IMG/VR virus record: IMGVR_UViG_3300007735_000753
Coordinates: 1 to 52,330 of that record
Source of the DNA: a virus
Lineage: Duplodnaviria > Caudoviricetes
Strand: one strand, 5' to 3'
DNA: 52,330 nt
The notes under the pieces were generated by a model. The model worked only from the letters and a program-made list of their open reading frames with translations, had not been told where the DNA came from and ran no database searches. This document shows, piece after piece, positions 1-7,004 of this stretch. Position numbers and translations under genes: made by a program. Position 1 is the stretch's first letter; every line of letters begins with the position of its first letter.

Positions 1-127
1 AGGTACTCGACCTTTTTTCAGGCATAGGCGGCTTTAGCCTTGGACTAGGGCGCGCAGGAATGCAGACGGTTGCATTCTGTGAAATCGACCCGTTTTGCAG
101 GCAAGTCCTGAAAAAGCATTGGCCCCA
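1..127. repeat. Terminal direct repeat (copy 1); circular-assembly overlap
   Basis: 1-127 is identical to 52204-52330; the join restores an intact methyltransferase N-terminus. Confidence 0.97.
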
Positions 128-729
128 TGTGAAGCAATACGACGATGTGAGGACACTAACTGGTGAGCAAGTTACGCGAGAAGTTGGACCCATATCAGTG
201 TGCGTTGGGGGATATCCTTGCCAGCCATTCTCTACAGCCGGGAAGCGAGGAGGCGCGGAAGATGACCGTCACCTCTGGCCTGAGATGCGTCGGCTTGTCG
301 AAGAACTCCGGCCCTCTTGGGTCATTGGAGAAAATGTTGCTGGGCACATCAGTCTGGGCCTCGACCAAGTGCTTTTTGACCTGGACGCACTCGGCTACGC
401 CTCAAGGGCGCTTGTTATTCCGGCTGTCGCCGTCAACGCCCCACACAGACGAGACAGAGTGTGGGTTGTTGCCAACGCCTCAAGCCTCGGACTGGAAAAA
501 CAGGGGGGGGGTGGGGAAATGCGAGCGTTCAACGCAGGAAGGAAATCGGCAAGCAAATCATGCTGTCGATGGTTGCCGGTGGCCCGCTGAACCCCGTGTG
601 GGTCGAGTGGCTCCAAGGCTTCCCCAGCGGGTGGACAGACTTAAAGCCCTCGGAAATTCCGTAGTCCCCCAGGTTGTTGAACTTATCGGACGCGCAATAA
701 TGGAGGCACAGCGTGAGCAAGACAGTTGA
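1..729 (+). CDS. C5 cytosine DNA methyltransferase, alpha polypeptide, interrupted by a +1 frameshift near the G9 tract at 503-511
   Basis: Motifs FSGIGG, GYPCQPFS (catalytic PC), ENV and HRRDRVW are in the frame of ORF 60..590. Motif X (RLKALGNSVVPQVVELIGRAI) is in the frame of ORF 163..729. Removing one G joins them into 243 aa. Confidence 0.88.
262..664 (+). CDS. Overlapping alternative-frame beta polypeptide of the methyltransferase (carries motif IX); same frameshift
   Basis: GAGGAGG at 247-253 lies 8 nt before ATG 262. The frame reads ...LLPTPQASDWKNRGG, and the next frame reads LNPVWVEWLQGFPSGWT (motif IX-like). Removing one G gives 133 aa. Confidence 0.7.
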
Positions 730-934
730 TGATTTGATTGCGGTGTTTGAAAAGGCCCGCGCTGAAGCCGCGCCGTTTCCGCAGCATCACGAGGACGGCT
801 TGTACGCAGGCGTCACCGCTATTGTACGGGCGCTGCGGGATGAGTTCGCCGATGCCTACGAGCGTGGCTATGCTACGCACGATTTACGAAGACGATTATT
901 TGCAGTCGAAGTTCAGCAAAGCACTGGGAGGTGA
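713..934 (+). CDS. Hypothetical protein
   Basis: GGAGG SD and GTG start; may be frameshifted into the frame ending at 941. Confidence 0.6.
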   Translation: MSKTVDDLIAVFEKARAEAAPFPQHHEDGLYAGVTAIVRALRDEFADAYERGYATHDLRRRLFAVEVQQSTGR

Positions 935-937
935 CGC

Positions 938-1234
938 ATGAGCGCCAGGGATGTGATTGCAGAAGTTATCTGCGGGAAATACCTAAGCCCCAGCGAGGGG
1001 ACGTATGACAAGGCTGACGACATGTTACGCGCCCTAGACGCTGCGGGGTATGCGGTGGTGCCGACAGTGGCGACAGATGCGATGGTAGCCGCTTGTTGTG
1101 AAACGGCTGCGGTCACGATGACAACAATGTCGATGTCGTGGACGCGTGAAGACGCAATGATGAGCATAATAGGAAATTTTGACGAAGCCGCAGTATGGGC
1201 CGCAATGCTCACAGCATCGAAGGAAACCCCATGA
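938..1234 (+). CDS. Hypothetical phage early protein
   Basis: GGAGG SD; ATGA-coupled to the next gene. Confidence 0.75.
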   Translation: MSARDVIAEVICGKYLSPSEGTYDKADDMLRALDAAGYAVVPTVATDAMVAACCETAAVTMTTMSMSWTREDAMMSIIGNFDEAAVWAAMLTASKETP

Positions 1235-1416
1235 GCGAGTTAGTCGAGAAGGTGGCGAGGGCAATGAATGAGGGTGAGGATGGCGACCTATCACCCACCG
1301 ACAAATGGCTCGCCCGCGCCGCCATCGCTGCCGTGGCTGAGTGGTTCGATACTCAGGGTGACGAGCAGTGGTATCCGGGCGAGAGATTGCGCGAACAATT
1401 GGAGGGAATGAAATGA
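1231..1416 (+). CDS. Hypothetical phage early protein (MSELVEKVARAM...)
   Basis: ATGA overlaps at both ends. Confidence 0.75.
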   Translation: MSELVEKVARAMNEGEDGDLSPTDKWLARAAIAAVAEWFDTQGDEQWYPGERLREQLEGMK

Positions 1417-1685
1417 CAAACCCAATACTCTTAGGAATGGCGTGCGAGTACACGCGGAAACTGGAGCCATGTTCAGACTTGAGCGGGTTTGACCAGACCA
1501 GCGCAATGAAAGCCGCCCTTCTCTACCTCGCCGACAACGTGAGCGACGAGATGAGCATTGCGGCTGTCGTTGATTGGCAGAACGACAAAAGCGGGGAGAC
1601 GCTGCAGGAGTGGTTACAGTCCGCCATCTCCGCCGCCCTTCGCGCTGCTGCGGGTTCTACCCCAACCCCACCGGAGGTGAAGTGA
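1413..1685 (+). CDS. Hypothetical protein
   Basis: GGAGG SD; ATGA overlap. Confidence 0.7.
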   Translation: MTNPILLGMACEYTRKLEPCSDLSGFDQTSAMKAALLYLADNVSDEMSIAAVVDWQNDKSGETLQEWLQSAISAALRAAAGSTPTPPEVK

Positions 1686-1921
1686 TGAGTGATTATTACA
1701 AACTCTATCAAAAGTACGCGGACGAGGCTGACAGGCTGGCGTTGCTAGTGAGGGATCGGGACAGGCTTGTGTCAGAACTTGAGGCCGAAGCGGAGAGGCT
1801 GAAGGGGGTGCTGGCCCTGATTGCAGTTGTCGATCAGGGATGCGGCGGGAACTTGACGCCAACTGAAATGGCCACAAGCGCAATGCGTCAGGCCCGTTCA
1901 GCCCTTGAGGCAAAGCCATGA
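1685..1921 (+). CDS. Hypothetical coiled-coil protein
   Basis: GGAGG SD; TGATG overlap. Confidence 0.7.
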   Translation: MSDYYKLYQKYADEADRLALLVRDRDRLVSELEAEAERLKGVLALIAVVDQGCGGNLTPTEMATSAMRQARSALEAKP

Positions 1922-2226
1922 GCGTTACAGAAGTAGCCAACGACTTAGTTAAGCGGTTGCGCGACGAAAGCGGCGGATGGGCGTCTGACCACGCACTTGA
2001 GGCTGCACACGCCATTGAGTTGCTAGTGTCCCGAGTAGCCGCACAAGAGATACTAATCAGCCACCTGAGAGGGCGCGGCGAAAGGTTCCGGCAGAGATTG
2101 ATAGAGCACTTCGATGACGGCAACCATATCCTCATCAGGAGAAAGCGGCGCGGGGATGACTACACAGTGGTGGACATAGGGGCAATCATAGCAGAGGCCA
2201 TCCGCTTAGCGGATGTGAGCGAATAA
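1918..2226 (+). CDS. Hypothetical protein
   Basis: ATGA overlap within the operon chain. Confidence 0.7.
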   Translation: MSVTEVANDLVKRLRDESGGWASDHALEAAHAIELLVSRVAAQEILISHLRGRGERFRQRLIEHFDDGNHILIRRKRRGDDYTVVDIGAIIAEAIRLADVSE

Positions 2227-2390
2227 TGAGCGGGGAACCATATCCATATCACCCCAATTGGAACGCCTTTATCTACCCAACAGCGGGTAGGTCTGCGTGG
2301 CAGTGCCCGGGATGCAAGACGTGGCACGCGCCGCACGCTGACAAGTGCGAGTGCCAGAAGGTGGCCAAGCAGCCGGAAACAAAGCCATGA
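2226..2390 (+). CDS. Small zinc-ribbon protein (54 aa)
   Basis: TAATG overlap; WQCPGCKTWHAPHADKCEC; below the ORF-track cutoff. Confidence 0.65.
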   Translation: MSGEPYPYHPNWNAFIYPTAGRSAWQCPGCKTWHAPHADKCECQKVAKQPETKP

Positions 2391-2437
2391 GCGCCCCCTA
2401 CTCAGTCGCCACGCTAGCCGCCAGGTGGGGGTGTTAG
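2387..2437 (+). pseudogene. Truncated remnant of an HTH excisionase-like gene
   Basis: MSAPYSVATLAARWGC then TAG; resembles the first helix of phage HTH/Xis proteins. Confidence 0.4.
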
Positions 2438-2605
2438 ATGGACAACTTGTCTAAAGCCCTTCTTGGGCTGACGCTGGCGCTTTTGGTCGCCCGGACAGCA
2501 TCCGCTGAGAGTTTATTTGGCCTGCTTGGCGATCTCGTGCTGTCGCTAAGTTGGGTCGGTTACGGTGTCTTTCACCTTGGCAGAGATCACGGGTGGTGGA
2601 GATAA
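2438..2605 (+). CDS. Small membrane protein (55 aa)
   Basis: MDNLSKALLGLTLALLV...LVLSLSWVGYGVF with two hydrophobic segments; TAATG-coupled to the next gene. Confidence 0.55.
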   Translation: MDNLSKALLGLTLALLVARTASAESLFGLLGDLVLSLSWVGYGVFHLGRDHGWWR

Positions 2606-2772
2606 TGCAACGCCGCCCCTCATACTCTGAAGCCGACCTTCGCAGGGCCATGAGGGCCGCGCGGAAAGAAGGCTTTCAGGTGGTGGAGTTGACGCCCACG
2701 CCGGAGGGGTTGAAGATAGTCGCCCGCGTTCAGGATGGGGACGAGCGCGAGGAAGTGGGGAAGCTGGATTGA
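2605..2772 (+). CDS. Putative excisionase / recombination directionality factor
   Basis: Small basic protein (YSEADLRRAMRAARKEG) overlapping the integrase start. Confidence 0.55.
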   Translation: MQRRPSYSEADLRRAMRAARKEGFQVVELTPTPEGLKIVARVQDGDEREEVGKLD

Positions 2773-3791
2773 TGCCACGCCGTTCATTCAAGAACGTGTC
2801 GAAGTTCACGGACATTCGGGGGAAGGTGCGCTGGAGGTTTCGGCGCAAGGGGCAGAAGGCGGTGTATCTGCCGGGGGGCTATGGCTCACCTGAGTTCATC
2901 AGGGCCTATGAGGACGCGGTTGCGAACAGGCCCGCCCATGCGTCACAGCGGGTATTGCCGGGGACCATTGCCGAGCTGGTGCAGGGCTACCTGTCCAGTT
3001 CCGACTATCGGCTATTGGCTGACAATACAAAGCGAACCTACCGCTACCACCTGGAACGCTTCAAGAGGGCGAACGGGGAGAAGTCCAGCAAGCAAATCAC
3101 GCCCCACAGCCTGCGGGACAAGCTGGACGGGATGGCAGACAAGCCAGCCACGGCCAACATATTCCTGAAGGTCATGAAAGCCATGTGCCGGTATGGGACC
3201 GAGCGTGGCTTGCTGAAGGTAAACCCAACCACGGGCGTCAAGCGCTTGAAGGACAAGACGGACGGGATAGCTACGTGGTCAGATGTGCAGATAGCGCAGT
3301 TCGAAAAGCGCCATTCGGTCGGGACCAAGGCTAACCTTGCCTTGCGGCTCCTGCTCTACACCGCACAGCGCAGGTCTGACGTGGTGAGGTTGGGCAGGCA
3401 GCATGAGAAGGCCGGAGCCATCCACATGAGGCAACACAAGACCGGGGCTTGGCTCATATTGCCCATTGTGCCTGAACTGCGGGAAGCATTGGACAAGACC
3501 ACAAGCGAGGGGTTGACCTACCTTGTGACGGAGTTCGGCAGACCCTTCAGTCTGGCAGGGTTCGGGAACTGGTTCAGGGACCGATGCAACGAGGCAGGGC
3601 TAAGGGGCCTCAGCGCCCACGGCTTGAGAAAGGCCGCTGCACGGCGCATGGCCGAGGCTCAAAAATCAACGCACGAAATCATGGCGATTACGGGCCACAG
3701 GTCGCTTGCCGAGGTCGAGCGATACACGCGCGCCGCAAGCCAAGAAGCCCTTGCCAAGACCGCCGCCACGGGCCTGAAGCGGGAACAATAG
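2769..3791 (+). CDS. int: Tyrosine recombinase (phage integrase)
   Basis: N-terminal arm-binding region; catalytic R (TAQRRSD), HGLR, GH and Y (VERYT). Confidence 0.95.
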   Translation: MMPRRSFKNVSKFTDIRGKVRWRFRRKGQKAVYLPGGYGSPEFIRAYEDAVANRPAHASQRVLPGTIAELVQGYLSSSDYRLLADNTKRTYRYHLERFKRANGEKSSKQITPHSLRDKLDGMADKPATANIFLKVMKAMCRYGTERGLLKVNPTTGVKRLKDKTDGIATWSDVQIAQFEKRHSVGTKANLALRLLLYTAQRRSDVVRLGRQHEKAGAIHMRQHKTGAWLILPIVPELREALDKTTSEGLTYLVTEFGRPFSLAGFGNWFRDRCNEAGLRGLSAHGLRKAAARRMAEAQKSTHEIMAITGHRSLAEVERYTRAASQEALAKTAATGLKREQ

Positions 3792-3970
3792 TTGGCTAAC
3801 AAATGAGCCTGTTAGCCAATTCTTCACCTAAGCCACTGAAATCACGAACATATATTTTAGGTTGGTGAGCCCAGATGTAAGCGACTTGTCGTTGTGCATC
3901 AACGGCTTACGCTGGCTAACACGAAATCTCAGGGCCTTGAGTTCATTGGCAGAATTCAGGAATGGCTAAC
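3792..3970. other. Putative attP site
   Basis: Four TGGCTAAC copies (3793, inverted at 3811, 3913, 3963) flank an AT-rich stretch and TGGTGAGCCC (3863-3872), whose reverse complement GGGCTCACCA looks like a tRNA 3' end. Confidence 0.65.
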
Positions 3971-4066
3971 GTGTTGGGCGCATGATGCCCGTGCTTCAAA
4001 CGAAGCGACCGCGCGAGGGATTGCAGTCCCAACACGCGGTCTAACGCACACACGAGGGTCTAGCTC

Positions 4067-4171
4067 ATGCGTAACGCTGCGCTTTGCTTATTCATTTTTT
4101 CCGCCGCCATCAACACCGTCATGGTCCTGTTGGGCCTGGTGCTTATCGCGATCTGGGGGACCACCCCATGA
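4067..4171 (+). CDS. Small hydrophobic peptide (34 aa)
   Basis: GAGGG SD; MRNAALCLFIFSAAINTVMVLLGLVLIAIWGTTP; ATGA-coupled to the next ORF. Confidence 0.45.
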   Translation: MRNAALCLFIFSAAINTVMVLLGLVLIAIWGTTP

Positions 4172-4323
4172 GCCGGGTCATCAAGCGCCCCGCGAATGGC
4201 TGGGACCGTAAGCCCAATCACCTGCTGCCCGACCTGTTCTGGTTCGTCGGGTTCGGGTTCGGGTGGGCTTGCTTCTTCAATTGGATGGCGGCTGCGCTTG
4301 ATGTCGTAGTGTCAGCGGTGTAA
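4168..4323 (+). CDS. Small membrane protein (51 aa)
   Basis: ATGA overlap; hydrophobic LFWFVGFGFGWACFFNWMAAAL. Confidence 0.45.
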   Translation: MSRVIKRPANGWDRKPNHLLPDLFWFVGFGFGWACFFNWMAAALDVVVSAV

Positions 4324-4326
4324 TCT
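4298..4326 (+). promoter_or_regulatory. Sigma70-like promoter upstream of the ncRNA/tRNA
   Basis: TTGATG, 17 bp spacer, TAATCT (with TG two bases before the -10); duplicated at 4694-4722. Confidence 0.6.
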
Positions 4327-4330
4327 TTAA

Positions 4331-4530
4331 CCGTGGCTATGACGGTGGCGCTCACGCTTAGCGCGTGGGTGCAAGCCGAGAATATCAAGACCTGCCGACC
4401 AGCGGCCACGCGCCCGACAGGCAGTCCGGGTTGATCGCCGGGCTTTGACAACCCCCAAGACCCCGTCACTGCTTGCATACGGACTTGGAATATAGACCCC
4501 AGCGACAGCCGAAAGGTCCTCGCTGGGGTT
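4331..4530 (+). ncRNA. Candidate structured ncRNA (about 200 nt), family not recognised
   Basis: No convincing coding frame; many complementary segments with G-U pairs on the + strand; GAAA-capped hairpin at 4496-4529. Confidence 0.5.
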
Positions 4531-4538
4531 GCCAGTTT

Positions 4539-4614
4539 GGCGTCATAGCTCAATGGATAGAGCACGGAGATTCTACCTCCGGTGTTGTGGGTTCAAGTCC
4601 TGCTGACGCTGCCA
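4539..4614 (+). tRNA. tRNA-Arg(UCU)
   Basis: Acceptor GGCGTCA/TGACGCT, D arm GCTC/GAGC, anticodon stem CGGAG/CTCCG with loop ATTCTAC, T loop TTCAAGT, G73 and encoded CCA. Confidence 0.93.
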
Positions 4615-4628
4615 TATCGCCGATATCG

Positions 4629-4667
4629 GGCCGCTTCTCCACTTTCGACGGGAGAGAAGCGGCCTTT
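4629..4667 (+). terminator. Hairpin after the tRNA, possible terminator
   Basis: GGCCGCTTCTC/GAGAAGCGGCC stem followed by a short T run. Confidence 0.5.
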
Positions 4668-4693
4668 CCGATTCGATTGGATGGCGGCTGCAC

Positions 4694-4722
4694 TTGATGT
4701 GCTGATGGCGGGGGTGTAATCT
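4694..4722 (+). promoter_or_regulatory. Second copy of the sigma70-like promoter
   Basis: TTGATG, 17 bp spacer, TAATCT. Confidence 0.55.
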
Positions 4723-4754
4723 CTGCATCGCCTGTGCAAACGGCCTACCAAGCC

Positions 4755-4784
4755 GAAGCCGTCACTCGAAAGGGTGGCGGCTTC
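4755..4784 (+). terminator. GAAA-tetraloop hairpin at the convergence of the early and late arms
   Basis: GAAGCCGTCACTC-GAAA-GGGTGGCGGCTTC, 13 bp with G-U pairs; weak U tract. Confidence 0.5.
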
Positions 4785-5052
4785 AGTCCGTTTTAGGGGC
4801 GCACTGCTCCAGCCACCAGCCTTGGAGCGCCGTGTGACGGCTTCTCAGGGCCTCAAAGCGTCCTATGTCTTGGGCATAGGCTTCGACCAGTACAGGGAGC
4901 GGTATAGGCTCTGGCAGGCTTCTAGATGCATCAAGGGGCGGCTCTGCCAGTAGCAGGCTGGGTGGCGGCTGCTGGCATGGCACCCGCTCGGAGGTCACGC
5001 AGCCCGTTAGAGACAGGAGCAGCAATGCGGCAGTCAGGCTTGTCTTGTACAT
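4783..5052 (-). CDS. Outer-membrane spanin (Rz1-like lipoprotein)
   Basis: MYKTSLTAALLLLSLTGC lipobox; Pro-rich; overlaps the i-spanin 3' end in another frame. Confidence 0.8.
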   Translation of the reverse strand: MYKTSLTAALLLLSLTGCVTSERVPCQQPPPSLLLAEPPLDASRSLPEPIPLPVLVEAYAQDIGRFEALRSRHTALQGWWLEQCAPKTD

Positions 5053-5299
5053 ATTCGCGTACAGTCTTGGTGACAATTCGCACGCCGGTTCCGATGCGTG
5101 CCTCGGCTTCTGATAACTTGACTTGGAGGGCAAGGCGGTCAGCGTCCGCCCTGACCCGTCTCTGCAACTCGTTACGCAGCTCGAGTTGCAGCACTTCTGC
5201 TTGGGCGGCACGAATGCGCCACCCATTGGCATTCCACCCCAGAATGAGCAGGGACGCAGCCACGAGGCCCATCCCTGCTATCTTGAGATAGGTGAGCAT
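4931..5299 (-). CDS. Inner-membrane spanin (Rz-like)
   Basis: N-terminal TM helix, coiled coil, VREYVQDKPDC. Confidence 0.8.
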   Translation of the reverse strand: MLTYLKIAGMGLVAASLLILGWNANGWRIRAAQAEVLQLELRNELQRRVRADADRLALQVKLSEAEARIGTGVRIVTKTVREYVQDKPDCRIAAPVSNGLRDLRAGAMPAAATQPATGRAAP

Positions 5300-5535
5300 T
5301 ACTTCTTGGCCGCGATATTCGCCGGCTGGTTAGCCGCGCCAATACCGAGGGCCGCGAGAACCGTCGCATTCACCCAGTCCGGGATCGTGATGATGAAATC
5401 AACGCCGAGAGTGGGAGCCGCCGAGTTCCAGGCAGCGACGATGGCCAAGAGCAAAGCAGCAACAGCCGCCGCCTTGGTCTTCACGCCCGGGAACCAGTTC
5501 ATGGCCTGAATGATGATGTTGAGGTAGGCTTGCAT
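5299..5535 (-). CDS. Putative holin (two TM segments)
   Basis: 78 aa with two hydrophobic helices and a basic C-terminus; directly upstream of the spanins. Confidence 0.6.
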   Translation of the reverse strand: MQAYLNIIIQAMNWFPGVKTKAAAVAALLLAIVAAWNSAAPTLGVDFIITIPDWVNATVLAALGIGAANQPANIAAKK

Positions 5536-5609
5536 GTGTTTCTCCTGTCAAAAGGGAAAGGGGAGCAGTCGCCCGCTCCCCACCCGTCAATTAAAGGCCC
5601 CTAGTCGGA

Positions 5610-5930
5610 TCACTCCGTTGTAGGAGTACCGACTACGACTGAGGCTGCTTCAGGGGAGGCGAGACCGTCGAAGTCACCCAGCGAGAACGCCAGTTCCTTC
5701 ACGCCTTCGCCGAGATCCACATCCGCCGTGCCCGAGACAGAGGCCAGACCCACGCCGCCAATGTCGAGCAGGGCGGAGAAGCCATCGGCGCCGTCCGATA
5801 CCACTTCGACAATAGTACCAAGCGTGGTGGTGATGACCGGGAGACCATCGACCTTTGCTGCATTGCCGGCGTTGTCCTTGAACGAGAACGGAACGCGGGC
5901 CTTCTTTCCAAACGGAACTTCGAATGCCAT
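5610..5930 (-). CDS. Hypothetical beta-rich (Ig-like?) protein
   Basis: AAGGAG SD before ATG 5930; beta-strand pattern. Confidence 0.65.
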   Translation of the reverse strand: MAFEVPFGKKARVPFSFKDNAGNAAKVDGLPVITTTLGTIVEVVSDGADGFSALLDIGGVGLASVSGTADVDLGEGVKELAFSLGDFDGLASPEAASVVVGTPTTE

Positions 5931-6062
5931 GTGAGTACACTCCTTGCTTTTAGGATTGGGGGCGCATTCATTCGCACGGAGCGTGTGCGCCATTCGCTCC
6001 GGGTAAGGTAATCTCTTGGCGTCAACTGTTTGTGAAATGACGCCGGGTGAAGTTTGAAACTT

Positions 6063-6572
6063 CTATGATCTGCGGTTGTAACGAGGGCCGACAGCCACGC
6101 CCCACCGTCTATAGATCCTGCCGCTGGTCTCTATGTCGCGCCAGCTAGCTATGAACTTGTCAGCGTCTAGCCACCGTCGCTGCCGCCGAGAAGAAGGGTC
6201 CACGAGGCAAATACGAGCATCGCGAATACCAACAACCACACTATAGTGACCATGGTCCCACGATCTCCCTAGATCCGTTTCTGATGGCTTGTGAGGCCAT
6301 GCCTGATAGGCAACGATAACGGGCCATCCCCTCTCAAGATAAGACTTGAGGAGGCTGAGTGTCATGCGCTGCTGCTGCTTGTGTGAGTATCTGGACTTCC
6401 TGAGAAACTTCGCAATTCCAGATGGGCTCAGTCCGTCTTCAGGTGTTGTCCCTGTCCTTCGGATGAGTGTCTGCTCATCCAATGTTTTCCCGTGAAACTG
6501 TAGCACCATTGAGATGCAAGCGGGGCCACACGAATAATTTGTTGTCTGCCGGATGTGCGTGACATCCAGCAT
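6063..6572 (-). CDS. C39-family cysteine peptidase
   Basis: RQTTNYSCGPAC (Q...C), HYSVVVG (H), LVDPS (D). Confidence 0.85.
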   Translation of the reverse strand: MLDVTHIRQTTNYSCGPACISMVLQFHGKTLDEQTLIRRTGTTPEDGLSPSGIAKFLRKSRYSHKQQQRMTLSLLKSYLERGWPVIVAYQAWPHKPSETDLGRSWDHGHYSVVVGIRDARICLVDPSSRRQRRWLDADKFIASWRDIETSGRIYRRWGVAVGPRYNRRS

Positions 6573-6573
6573 G

Positions 6574-6774
6574 TCACTCGCCTTGCATCAGTTTTGAGGC
6601 AGCGACTCCAATTTCGTAGAGATGGCCGTCTAGCTCCGAGCCAGTCTTTCCCCTCGCAGTGACAAATACCTCAAAAGGTATTGTCCAATTCCCGAGGTGG
6701 TCCTGCTTGAACCCAACAGAGACGGCAAATGGTCCAATCTGCTCGGTCACCGTAAAGCGACGATCCGGGATCAT
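6574..6774 (-). CDS. Small protein resembling the TSCPD domain of class II ribonucleotide reductases
   Basis: PFEVFVTARGKTGSELDGHLYEIGVAASKLMQ pattern. Confidence 0.5.
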   Translation of the reverse strand: MIPDRRFTVTEQIGPFAVSVGFKQDHLGNWTIPFEVFVTARGKTGSELDGHLYEIGVAASKLMQGE

Positions 6775-7004
6775 TTCACCACCCTCACTGCACCCTTCGG
6801 CGCTTCTCCCGTCTCGAGGAGGGTGGCTAGACCAGCAATATACGTCAGGGTGGAATCCACGAGGGGAACGCTTTCCCCGTTATGGACCAGTTGAGCCGCC
6901 AGGATGCGGCAGGCTCTGGCTGAGAGGTCACCCCCTGCAGTCAAAGCAAACGGCATCGGTTCGGTCTGCAGCGTGTATGTCACGTTCATATCTTCATCAA
7001 TCAT
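6771..7004 (-). CDS. Hypothetical protein
   Basis: Coupled between neighbouring genes. Confidence 0.65.
   Translation of the reverse strand: MIDEDMNVTYTLQTEPMPFALTAGGDLSARACRILAAQLVHNGESVPLVDSTLTYIAGLATLLETGEAPKGAVRVVK

Noticed and set aside
1-127. Biological terminal repeat of the virion DNA
   Set aside because: The length matches a common assembler k-mer and it falls mid-gene, so it is more likely an assembly overlap
930-2400. Repeated ATGAGCG gene junctions as recombination cassette sites
   Set aside because: Explained by ATGA stop/start overlap plus a common Ser second codon; identity is too short to call a repeat element
4380-4400. AAGACCTGCC as a cobalamin riboswitch B12 box
   Set aside because: The other conserved elements of that riboswitch are absent, and the downstream gene is a tRNA
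4570-4576. Reading the tRNA loop ATTCTAC as a CUA amber suppressor, implying stop-codon recoding
   Set aside because: The 5-bp stem places TCT at positions 34-36; A20 and G73 fit Arg; TAG ends many well-formed genes, including int, terL and portal
4615-4680. HDV-like theta ribozyme in the tRNA trailer
   Set aside because: The trailer folds as one simple hairpin; I could not build the nested double pseudoknot
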